Assembly: GCA_050331735.1 (NCBI GenBank)
Contig: JBHJGN010000055.1
Location: 10,748 to 74,747 of the forward strand
Origin: Cyanophyceae cyanobacterium
Lineage (GTDB): Bacteria > Cyanobacteriota > Cyanobacteriia > Cyanobacteriales > JBHJGN01
DNA length: 64,000 bases
Direction: 5' to 3'
Positions 18,901 through 25,712 of this stretch are shown in pieces (position 1 is the first letter of the stretch; each line of letters starts with the position of its first letter). Under the pieces are notes generated by a model. That model was not told the origin of the DNA, made no database searches, and was given only the letters and a program-made list of their open reading frames with translations. The translations under genes were made by a program, and so were the position numbers.

Positions 18901-21156
18901 ATAGGTCAAAGGACTGTAGCCCGCATCCTCTAAACTTTCCCAGGCACATTCAAGCAGGAGTCGCTGTTGCGGGTCAATCAGTTTAGCTTCTTTAGGGCTG
19001 TAGCCAAAAAACTCAGCGTCGAAGAACTCAATATCATCCAGGATCGGACTCGCTTTAACGTAGTGGGGGTGATTGAGCAGGGTTTGCTCAACGCTTTTGG
19101 CCAGTTCCGCATTGGTAAAAAAGGTGATTGATTCTATCCCGTTACATAAATTCTGCCAGAACTGGTCCACGGTGGCGGCTCCCGGAAACCGACAGGCCAT
19201 ACCAATAACGGCAATATCGCTACTGGTGCGAGGAAAACGCTGGCGCAGCGATCGCCTTTGGTCCAAATTCCTTGGAACCTGCTGACTGAGGTATTGAGCG
19301 AGAGCTTCGATGGTTGGATACTGAAATAACTCTACTACTGAAAGCTGCCGTTGCAGTCGTTCGTGAAGCTGGTAGAGAACCTGCATCAGCAGCAGGGAAT
19401 TGCCTCCTAGTTCAAAAAAATTGTCGGTCAATCCCGCTGCGTCAATCTTGAGCACGTTCTGCCAAATCTGGGCAATCTGACGCTCTAAGTCGTTCCGGGG
19501 CGGAAGGCGATCGCCCCCTCGCTCGAGTTCCCGAATCTGCTGTACGATTTCCTTAAACTCCCCGTGTTGAAAGCGCTGGCTAAGCTGCTGACGCTGAATT
19601 TTACCTAGGCTAGTTTTCGGAATCGCTTCTTTGGCAACCGGAATCACATAATTGGGAACCGCACCAATTTTACGGGCAACCGTTCTCCGAATCGTTTTAA
19701 TCAGGTTAATTAAAGAGTCATCCGAGCAGGTTGGATGGCAGAATAGGGCTAAACGCTCTGTGGCATCATCATCGCCTCGCACTGCACAGGCGGCAGTATA
19801 AGACACCGCTACCCCCTCCAAAGCTTCGACCACCGCTTCAATTTCGTGGCTGTAGTAGTTCGCGCTGTTGATCACGATGGTGTCTTTCTGCCGTCCGGTA
19901 ATGGTCAAGCGCCCCTGGCGCAGAAATCCCAGATCTCCGGTGTCGAACCAACCATCATCGGTAAACGGGTTGAGGTCGGGTCTACGGTAATAGCCAGAGG
20001 TGACAGTTGCTCCTCGGACCTGAAGCAGACCCACCGTTCCCGCTTCGACGAGATGACCATCGGCATCGACAATCCGCAGACACACTCCAGGAATCGGTGC
20101 ACCCACCTCCACAAACGGCTCATCCCCAGTTTGTAGTCGGGAGTGGGCAATACCGGAGCAGGTTTCAGACATGCCGTAGCCGGGACTAATTGCGCTACTC
20201 GCTAGCCCGTGGGGAGCGAGTAGCTCTGAAAACCGTCTTGCCGTTCGACCAACCACCGCTTCTGCCCCGTTCCCCATCCAGCGCACCGACGACAAGTCCC
20301 AGTGACGCTGTTGGCTGGTGGTGGCGTGGCTATTAACCAAGCCATAGGCAAAATTAGGAGCCCACGTTGCCGTGACACGATATTGCTCGATGAGGTCTAG
20401 CCATTTCAGCGGAGCCTGTAGAATGATTTCCGTTGGCACGTGGATTTGCTCACAGCCCAGATACGCGGGAGTAAAATGGAACATCACCAAACTAGCCACG
20501 TGCTCTAGAGGCATCCAGTTCAGGGTAATATCCTCCGCCGTTAATTGATTCACCGTCGCCATCCCGTAGGCACTCGCCAGCAGATTGCGAGCGCTCAGCA
20601 TCACACCTTTTGGGTTCCCGGTACTGCCGGAAGTCATCAGCATCAGCGCCACGTCGTCAAGCTGACCAACGTGATAGTTGCTGTCCGGAGTGGCTTGCCG
20701 TAACTCTTCGACGGCGACTGCTGCAAATGCGCCCAAGGAAGAAGCGTGAATAGCGTCAACTAATGCTTGTTCTGTGATGATGGGGGGGCGATCGCACAAC
20801 TGCCACGTTTGATACAGTAAACGGGCTTGAGCATCTGTGGAGCGAGAAGCCACAGGAAGCGGCACAGGCACAATGCCCCCTAATACACAGCCCCAGAATA
20901 CCGAGGTAAAGAAGTGAGCGTGAGTGGTTTGGATAATTACCCGGTCTTGGGGCTTTAGCCCTAGCGCCCTCAGTCCACCCAAGATATGCTCGGCTTGCTT
21001 GAGTAAAGCCGCATAAGGAAGGCTACCGTCAAGCTGATGGATTCCGGCTGAGGTTTGAGCCGCTCGCTGGAGAACTTTGCTCAGAGGAATAAAGGCTGCT
21101 TCAGGAACCGAGCCACCATCACTAACGGAGAGTTGGGTTCCTACACGTTCGATCAT
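12976..21156 (-). CDS. Hybrid loading-module / type I PKS: A(keto-acid-type)-T-KS-AT-DH-ER-KR-ACP, no TE
   Basis: A: TSGSTGNPKG, NWMPLEHV, YGMSET, TGDLG. T: FFELGGNSL. KS: QTACSTS, HGTGT, NVGHL. AT: GHSLGE, CAFHS. DH: HPLLG...DHRVYQQVILP. ER: LIHAAAGGVG. KR: TGGLGALG, LDD, YAAAN. ACP: LGLDSL. Confidence 0.95.
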   Translation of the reverse strand: MIERVGTQLSVSDGGSVPEAAFIPLSKVLQRAAQTSAGIHQLDGSLPYAALLKQAEHILGGLRALGLKPQDRVIIQTTHAHFFTSVFWGCVLGGIVPVPLPVASRSTDAQARLLYQTWQLCDRPPIITEQALVDAIHASSLGAFAAVAVEELRQATPDSNYHVGQLDDVALMLMTSGSTGNPKGVMLSARNLLASAYGMATVNQLTAEDITLNWMPLEHVASLVMFHFTPAYLGCEQIHVPTEIILQAPLKWLDLIEQYRVTATWAPNFAYGLVNSHATTSQQRHWDLSSVRWMGNGAEAVVGRTARRFSELLAPHGLASSAISPGYGMSETCSGIAHSRLQTGDEPFVEVGAPIPGVCLRIVDADGHLVEAGTVGLLQVRGATVTSGYYRRPDLNPFTDDGWFDTGDLGFLRQGRLTITGRQKDTIVINSANYYSHEIEAVVEALEGVAVSYTAACAVRGDDDATERLALFCHPTCSDDSLINLIKTIRRTVARKIGAVPNYVIPVAKEAIPKTSLGKIQRQQLSQRFQHGEFKEIVQQIRELERGGDRLPPRNDLERQIAQIWQNVLKIDAAGLTDNFFELGGNSLLLMQVLYQLHERLQRQLSVVELFQYPTIEALAQYLSQQVPRNLDQRRSLRQRFPRTSSDIAVIGMACRFPGAATVDQFWQNLCNGIESITFFTNAELAKSVEQTLLNHPHYVKASPILDDIEFFDAEFFGYSPKEAKLIDPQQRLLLECAWESLEDAGYSPLTYPGAIACYAGAAANTYFLNNVYPNRHYLDADSDLQVFTLSSTGGFQATVANDKDYLTTRVSYKLNLTGPSVNVQTACSTSLVAVHLASQSLLTGECDMALAGGVSVHVPQVGYLYQEGTIFSADGHCRAFDANAQGTIFGSGAGMVVLKRLEEAVADGDRIYAVIKGSAINNDGGTKVGYLAPNGEGQANVVAQALAVAGVEAQTISYVEAHGTGTILGDPIEVAALTQAFRSGTQAVQKRYCALGSVKTNVGHLQIASGIAGFIKTVLALHHKQLPPSLHFNTPNPQIDFANSPFYVNTARQDWQTDYPRRAGVNSLGIGGTNAHVILEEAPVRRREQAIERPGHLLALSARSEPALRELVTRYGQFLQQTEASTADICFTVNTGRATFEHRLAVVATSKLELRQQLQVLAQQPTQSGRGIANRQRPQIAFLFTGQGSQSLNMGQELSETQSQFRTTLERCATFLEPDLDKPLLEIYSSAELLNQTVYAQPALFALEYALAQLWISWGVTPSAVLGHSLGEYVAACVGGVFSLEAALKLVAARGRLMQALPQRGIMVAVAASAAQVREAIAPYPEIAIAAINAPKRVVVSGPQQAVEKAIACLNGPKKVLPGPCAFHSPLIEPMLAQFEQVASQIEYATPRLEIVSTVTGDRIGAEIATPQYWCRQIRSTVRFADGIKTLQQLGTTIFLECGPQPTLIQLGRLTIKQPDCHWLPSLHPQRSPWQTILPTLAQLYVQGATIDWMSFNRGYSCSRVSLPTYPFQRQRYWIEPPPRTELKALPATHPLLGQRTPTAFKKTLFTAELSSHQPHYLQDHRVYQQVILPGSAYLEMALAAGEANPSLMLENVAIQQPLMLSDRPQTVQLVLHSGTVQTFEIYSLGDEDWRLHCSGNLVKQPPPQQTIDLAVRSHLEEIDVAAHYRHCQERGIDYGLSFRGIKKLWGRGSEALGWIERPDNVSATAYQLHPALLDACCQVILALLPESPLYLPVAVERLRYYRRPGQHLWSYVRLRSQGAEAVVTADVRLFDEAGAIAELDGLSAKRASRERLSGSSSQDLYQIEWRRQPLQWSSELPKGKWLIFADRGGVAQQLAAKFKQPCVLVDPGEYRETPDRVNPDHREDFYRLLTTVGPIQGVIHLWSLDADASELESPALRDRENLLPSQKSSLETYIKHSCGSTLHLVQALVQTGLNPRLWLVTQGAQAVAGRGVALAQSCLWGMAGAIAREHPEFNCVQVDLDPQSGSIDQLWAEICAGEGERVAFRNGNRYVARLVHPREQASSLQPLQLTSNPRGTLDNLQWQPSARSQPGFGEVTVRARAVGLNFRDVLNALDLYPGDPGALGLECTGEIVALGQGVAGFEIGEAVVAIAPGCFRELVTVKAALVVPTKLSFATAATIPVAFSTAFYTLHTLAKMRSGERVLIHAAAGGVGQAAVQMAQQAGAEVFATASPGKWDVLRSLGVKYVMNSRTLDFADEILALTDGEGVDIVLNSLAGDFIDKSLAVLRSGGRFVEIGKNGVWSDRQVAQVRPDVAYFLVDLVAVTQQQPTLIQGILNQVMQQIEDGKLTPLPQQVFPQEETVTAFRTMQQAQHIGKIVVTLPERAPQLTIRADGSYLITGGLGALGLHTAQWLAEQGAKHLILVGRSQPSPDAQVTVEQLKHQVQIQVVQADVSNPDEVADLMKMTASLPPLRGLIHAAGVLDDGVLQQQSWERFERVMAPKVRGAWNLHVATQHHHLDFFMLYSSAASLLGAAGQANYAAANAFLDALAHYRHRLGLPGLSINWGAWSQTGLATHWKPAPGIGTIEPQQALDRLKSLLAYAPQVGVIPIDWSQRQPAMPFFADLVAKRSPDGPNLRSQLAAAMPQRRRELLVAHLCSQVANILDLQADEIELQQGFTELGLDSLSSVELRNQLQKSLNCSLSTPITFDYPTVTALADYLEQSLFPHPKLLPIDSATNEIQQLSEYEAEALLLDELDNLNY

Positions 21157-21343
21157 TAGTTACGTTTGAATCTTGCTCTAGCTTTGCGAAGGCTGCGTAC
21201 TTTTATATCATCGTGAGTGGTAAAACTCAACGAATTGGCTGCGCTAGGATTTAATGATAAGCTCTTGGCTTTTAGCGATTAACTCTTAGCTTCAAGAAAG
21301 CTTTTAGCTAGATTGAGGGAGATCGCTAAACAAGTGGCTCATC

Positions 21344-21377
21344 GCTAACAGCTAACGGCTAAGAGCTAGGAGCTAAT
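21344..21377. repeat. Short tandem heptamer repeat (GCTAANA-type)
   Basis: GCTAACA GCTAACG GCTAAGA GCTAGGA GCTAAT in the divergent promoter region. Confidence 0.6.
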
Positions 21378-21420
21378 TCGTTCCTTCTTCTGCGGCGAGT
21401 GATGCGTGGTCAAACAGGAC

Positions 21421-22566
21421 ATGATGAAGACGAGTCGGCTGACAATTTTTGATGAAACTCTGCGAGATGGCGCTCAGCAAGTGGGGCTGTTTTTCGAGGA
21501 TGACATGACGCGATCGCTGGCTCACCTGATTGCCCAAACGGGCGTACATCAGATCGCGTTTATGCCTGAAATTGGGGAAAGCGAGGAGCGCTTGGTACAG
21601 TCTCTGATTGCGTCAGGGTTGAGCAATCTCACTGCCTCTACCAGGATGGGGCGGCAGTTTATCGACCACTCCAAAGCCTGCGGGGTGACTCGCATCATCC
21701 TCTTTCACGCCGTCTCCGACCAGCTTCTGCTGCTGAGAGCGGAACCTTCTCAGAAAGCCGAACCTGACCTGACTCGCCTTCGTCAGCAGACCATTGACAA
21801 AATTCTGGCCAATTTGCACTACGCAGCCCAGGCTGGCTTGAAAATTGCTTTTGCCGCCGAAGATGCTAGTCGAGCAGATTTTGGCTTTTTAGTGGAGTGC
21901 ATTGAGGCGTTTAGTCCGTATCTGGAACACTTTTTACTCTGCGATACCGTTGGAGTGCTAACCCCAGAAAAAAGCTATATTTGGGTTCACGATCTGCTGC
22001 AAACCACCCAAGCATCCTTAGCCGTTCATTTTCACAACGATATGGGGTTAGCCTTGGAAAATACGATTCAGGCGGTCTTAGCTGGAGCCACAGGCGTTTC
22101 GGGGACGTTTGGCGGTATTGGAGAACGAGCGGGAAATGTGGCCCTGGAGCAGGTTTTAAACGGTTTACGGCTGCGCTTTGGCTGGAAGGTGGCAGGCATT
22201 GATTACGCCGCCCTGGCGGAAGTCACCAACTGTCTAGAGCAATGGGGAATCCGAGCCAATGCTCCCTACTCTGCGCAGGCGCAGCGCTACGAAGCCGGAA
22301 TTCACGTCAATTCCCTGCTGCGCGATCGCACCAGCTACTCTATTTTTCCCTATGGAAAACCGGAAATTTGGTTTGGCAAGTGCAGTGGAGCGAGCAATTT
22401 TCAGTACCTCTTTGAACAGCTTCAGCAACCGCTTAAAAAAGAGCAGTACGAGCAACTGCGATCGCAGATCAAAACCCTAGCCATCCAGGAAAAACGCTCG
22501 TTTTCAACCCAGGAAATTTTGGCAATGTTGCAGCAGGGAGTTCTTAAGATTGAGGGAGAGCAATAA
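21421..22566 (+). CDS. DRE-TIM metallolyase, LeuA/CimA/homocitrate-synthase-like, without a regulatory domain
   Basis: IFDETLRDGAQQ, AEDASRAD, LCDTVG, HFHNDMGLA, GGIGERAGN; about 380 aa, too short for the leucine-binding C-terminal domain. Confidence 0.88.
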   Translation: MMKTSRLTIFDETLRDGAQQVGLFFEDDMTRSLAHLIAQTGVHQIAFMPEIGESEERLVQSLIASGLSNLTASTRMGRQFIDHSKACGVTRIILFHAVSDQLLLLRAEPSQKAEPDLTRLRQQTIDKILANLHYAAQAGLKIAFAAEDASRADFGFLVECIEAFSPYLEHFLLCDTVGVLTPEKSYIWVHDLLQTTQASLAVHFHNDMGLALENTIQAVLAGATGVSGTFGGIGERAGNVALEQVLNGLRLRFGWKVAGIDYAALAEVTNCLEQWGIRANAPYSAQAQRYEAGIHVNSLLRDRTSYSIFPYGKPEIWFGKCSGASNFQYLFEQLQQPLKKEQYEQLRSQIKTLAIQEKRSFSTQEILAMLQQGVLKIEGEQ

Positions 22567-23038
22567 TTAAGGGGAATAGATGTTAGTCGTTCACGGTTAC
22601 TGCTAATCTGGTTTAGTTTAGACTAACACTATAATAAGCAGCCATGCCAGGAGCTTAATCCGTTAAGCGCTTTCGCAAATCACAAATTAATTTGACTCTT
22701 TCCTAGCTCTGGCAGGCTTGTCAAGACTTTAAAATATTATTGCTAATTATTACTAAAGTAATCATTGCTGCAAAATTTGCCAATTGCTGAAATATTTAGG
22801 TTGCCAGAGAAATACGGTGTCAGCAATAGTATTTCCAAAAAACATGGCAATACTACTTACCTAAATTCGAGCAAATTTGTTGATTATTTAGTACATAGAG
22901 ATTATAGTTCAACTGTCCGAACAAAATTATTTCGACTAACAAAAAATCTTGGTAGCACATACCTCAGTTTCGATTTGGCGTGAGAAATGAACGGTCATTG
23001 ATGTCTCCCAACAAAAATTGAGACTCAGGGATAACCAA

Positions 23039-23995
23039 ATGAATCTTTCACTACCGTTAGCATTAGTGGTGTCTGCGGCAGCTATCACCAGTTTCTCCCC
23101 CCCGGCAAGGGCACAAGCATCATCTTTTGGCGAACAAGAAGTCGAGCGAGAGCGCTTTGTCGCAGTAGCCGCGCCTTATCGTCATGGCTATAACCTGATG
23201 ATTATCGAACAGATTCCAGGCCAAAGAAAATGCTGGAACGAACTCGGAGCTTATCCTACTGTTGTCGAGCCTTTGCTGCTTAATTTCGATTTTACGAATG
23301 CTTGTCGAAGAAGCTCTAGCAGTAATAATTATTCTATTCGTCTAGGCGATCAAGATTTAGGTATGGATTATTTGCCTGAGATTGTCAAAAAAAATGGAGA
23401 ATTGCAGTTAATTGCGACTCCTCGCGCTCCGCATCTGCCAGAATTACAGATTGGGAGAACCTATGGCTTTAGTTCTGGTGCGCTCAAAATTCACTTCAAT
23501 CCAGGGTGGCGTATAACCAAGCGGACCTATGAAGGAGAGACAACACAACATATCTATCTCAGCAGCAACTCTAGCGGGGAACCGTTGCTCAGTCAAACAG
23601 CCCCATCAGCCGCTGATGGCGAGCAACAAGTCCCCAACATTTATTTAGATGTAGCTCCCGCAACCAATTCCGATGTCTCCTATCAACAACCTAATCGTCC
23701 TCCAGCCCCTACAGGCAGTGCTGGCTATCCCTATCAACAGCCCCCTAATGTCTACCTAGTCCCCGCAGGCAGTGCTGGCTATCCCTATCAACAGCCCCCC
23801 AATATCTACCTAGTCCCCGCAGGCAGTGCTGGCTATCCCTATCAACAACCTCCTAACCTCTATCCAGCCCCGGCAGCTAATCCTGACTCCACCTATCAAC
23901 AACCTCCCAATGTCTATTTCGTATTGCCAGCGAATCCTGGTTACCCACAGCAGCCTAGCCCCGCGATCGCACCACCTGTGAATTCCTATGAATAA
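23039..23995 (+). CDS. Secreted DUF3747-like protein with a Pro/Gln-rich repeat tail
   Basis: Signal peptide ending ARA; FGEQEV...FVAVAAPY...IIEQIPGQRKCW...VEPLLLNFDFT..CRRS motif. Confidence 0.8.
   Translation: MNLSLPLALVVSAAAITSFSPPARAQASSFGEQEVERERFVAVAAPYRHGYNLMIIEQIPGQRKCWNELGAYPTVVEPLLLNFDFTNACRRSSSSNNYSIRLGDQDLGMDYLPEIVKKNGELQLIATPRAPHLPELQIGRTYGFSSGALKIHFNPGWRITKRTYEGETTQHIYLSSNSSGEPLLSQTAPSAADGEQQVPNIYLDVAPATNSDVSYQQPNRPPAPTGSAGYPYQQPPNVYLVPAGSAGYPYQQPPNIYLVPAGSAGYPYQQPPNLYPAPAANPDSTYQQPPNVYFVLPANPGYPQQPSPAIAPPVNSYE
23712..23873 (+). repeat. 54-bp coding tandem repeat (about 3 copies plus degenerate flanking copies)
   Basis: Units start at 23712, 23766 and 23820 and encode GSAGYPYQQPPN(V/I/L)Y(L/P)(V/A)PA. 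Confidence 0.9.
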
Positions 23996-24013
23996 GTCAA
24001 CATAATCTCCAGT

Positions 24014-24066
24014 GGCGTTGCTGAAGCACGATCGCTCGAGACCATTTGTGCTCTGACAGCAACGCC
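24014..24066. repeat. Small inverted-repeat element (GGCGTTGCTG...CAGCAACGCC) between convergent genes
   Basis: Perfect 10-bp terminal IR with inner AGCAC/GTGCT pairing; a lone left end GGCGTTGCTGAA recurs at 42079-42090. Confidence 0.6.
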
Positions 24067-24101
24067 CAATTCGCTTCCTTTCCCGCGCCTCGCAGGAGTA
24101 A

Positions 24102-24917
24102 TTATTCTTCCCGCAGTAACCAAAACCCGCTGTAGGTTACGCCTGAACCATCGGGCTGGATTAGTAAAAAATGCAAGCCCTGAGCAGCTTGTTTGCGCTG
24201 TTCGTAAAAAGGAGCCGCTTTCGCGACTTCTGGATCTTCAAACGTCGCCACGATCCAGCGATCGACTAGTCCGGCTTCTAACACTAATCCTCCAGACACG
24301 CCAACGGCAGTGGGAATATAGTTTAACGCAACAGGCTTGGCTTCTTCCAGCCAGCGGGCTAACTGCATCGATTTTCTGCCTCCGTAGATCACCACTCCCG
24401 GCACAGGAACGGTGGAAGCGATGCCGAGATGGAAAGGCAGGAGAATTTCTGGCATAGACAGAATCGGAATGGGGCGATCGCCAAACACCTCGATATCTCC
24501 CGCAGGAAGGCTGCCAAAACGCCACTCATCGCCCCACAGCTCATCTGGGAGAGCCTGCGGTGGTGGCTGTTCCAGCTTCACGGGGTCATAGGCTTTCCCG
24601 GTATTGCTATATTGAGCACTCCGTTGGCGTAACTCATCTTTTAAAGCTGCCGTCCGTCTGGTCGCTTCTACGTCAATACCCAGGTTCTGGGCAGCCGCCC
24701 TAAATAAGCCGAGGGACTGGGGACGAAACACCTGAATGGAGTCGGGTTTACCCTCAGCGGCTTGCTGAAGCTGGGAGGCTAACCAGTCAGAAGTAGCTTG
24801 AGACTGAGGACAGCAAGCACTATAGACGCTACCATTGTCACGACAGATCACCAGTTCCCACAGGGGGTTGCCCTGTTCATTTGAGGGACGCTTGTAAAAA
24901 TCAGCCTGCCAAATCAT
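24102..24917 (-). CDS. Tab2/Atab2 family RNA-binding protein (DUF1092)
   Basis: IWQADFYKRP...PLWELVIC, QPPPQALPDELWG, GLVLEAGLVDRW, GLHFLLIQPD...GFWLL. Confidence 0.87.
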   Translation of the reverse strand: MIWQADFYKRPSNEQGNPLWELVICRDNGSVYSACCPQSQATSDWLASQLQQAAEGKPDSIQVFRPQSLGLFRAAAQNLGIDVEATRRTAALKDELRQRSAQYSNTGKAYDPVKLEQPPPQALPDELWGDEWRFGSLPAGDIEVFGDRPIPILSMPEILLPFHLGIASTVPVPGVVIYGGRKSMQLARWLEEAKPVALNYIPTAVGVSGGLVLEAGLVDRWIVATFEDPEVAKAAPFYEQRKQAAQGLHFLLIQPDGSGVTYSGFWLLREE

Positions 24918-25046
24918 ATTGACCTCTAACTAAGTAAACTAGGAAAGATAGGTTGCCGTCACTACACCCTAAGTCGATGCTGATGACTGGTAATGGCTCA
25001 TTGTTCACTGAGCGCTAACAACACGATTATGAATTAACGGCTATCG

Positions 25047-25613
25047 ATGGAGAATCTTGATTTAGAACAACGGCTGGAAATTGGAACCGTTGTTGCTCCT
25101 CAAGGACTGAGAGGGGAACTCCGAGTCTATCCTAATTCTGACTTTCCCGAAAGATTTGAACAACCAGGGAAGCGTTGGCTACAGTCCCCGAAAAGCGATC
25201 GCCTTCAGGTCGTCGAATTACTCTCCGGACGCTATTTGCCGGGGAAAAAACTTTATGTCGTTAAACTAGCTGGCGTTAACACCAGAACCGACGCAGAGGC
25301 GCTACGAGGATATAAGCTGTTAGTAGACAGGCGCGATCGCCCTCACCTCGAAGAAGATGAATACCACGTTTCTGATTTGCTCGGTCTCGAAGTATACAAT
25401 CAGTTGACCAGAGAAACGATTGGCGTAGTCACAGACGTTTTTGGGGCTGGTAACGATCTGTTAGCCGTGAAGCTGTCCCCCCTCGATACTCCTCAGCACA
25501 AGTCAGCAACAGTCCTAATTCCATTTGTCAAAGAAATCGTTCCCGTTGTCGATATCCAAAGAGGACGGTTAGAAATTACTCCTCCATTAGGGCTGCTAGA
25601 AGTAAATCAGTAG
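25047..25613 (+). CDS. rimM: Ribosome maturation factor RimM
   Basis: IGTVVAPQGLRGELRV, EDEYHVSDLLGLEV, LIPFVKEIVPVVD. Confidence 0.96.
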   Translation: MENLDLEQRLEIGTVVAPQGLRGELRVYPNSDFPERFEQPGKRWLQSPKSDRLQVVELLSGRYLPGKKLYVVKLAGVNTRTDAEALRGYKLLVDRRDRPHLEEDEYHVSDLLGLEVYNQLTRETIGVVTDVFGAGNDLLAVKLSPLDTPQHKSATVLIPFVKEIVPVVDIQRGRLEITPPLGLLEVNQ

Positions 25614-25712
25614 TTTTTTTGTTCGCAGAAGTCAGCAGTCAGAAGCAGTGCGATCACCCTAATTCTCTCATTCCCTTTCCCCCTTCCCCCTTCCCCTTTC
25701 CCCTCACTAATA

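Noticed and set aside
12976..21156. Olefin synthase (Ols) or heterocyst glycolipid PKS
   Set aside because: No sulfotransferase-TE end, DH and ER are present, the loading domain lacks FAAL motifs, and there are no hgl/pfa neighbours
21450..21480. LRDGAQ instead of LRDGEQ as a sign of inactivation
   Set aside because: That position varies in active DRE-TIM enzymes; R, D, Q and the HxH metal ligands are intact
22765..22983. 72-aa ORF in an AT-rich spacer
   Set aside because: TTG start, promoter-like composition, no motif
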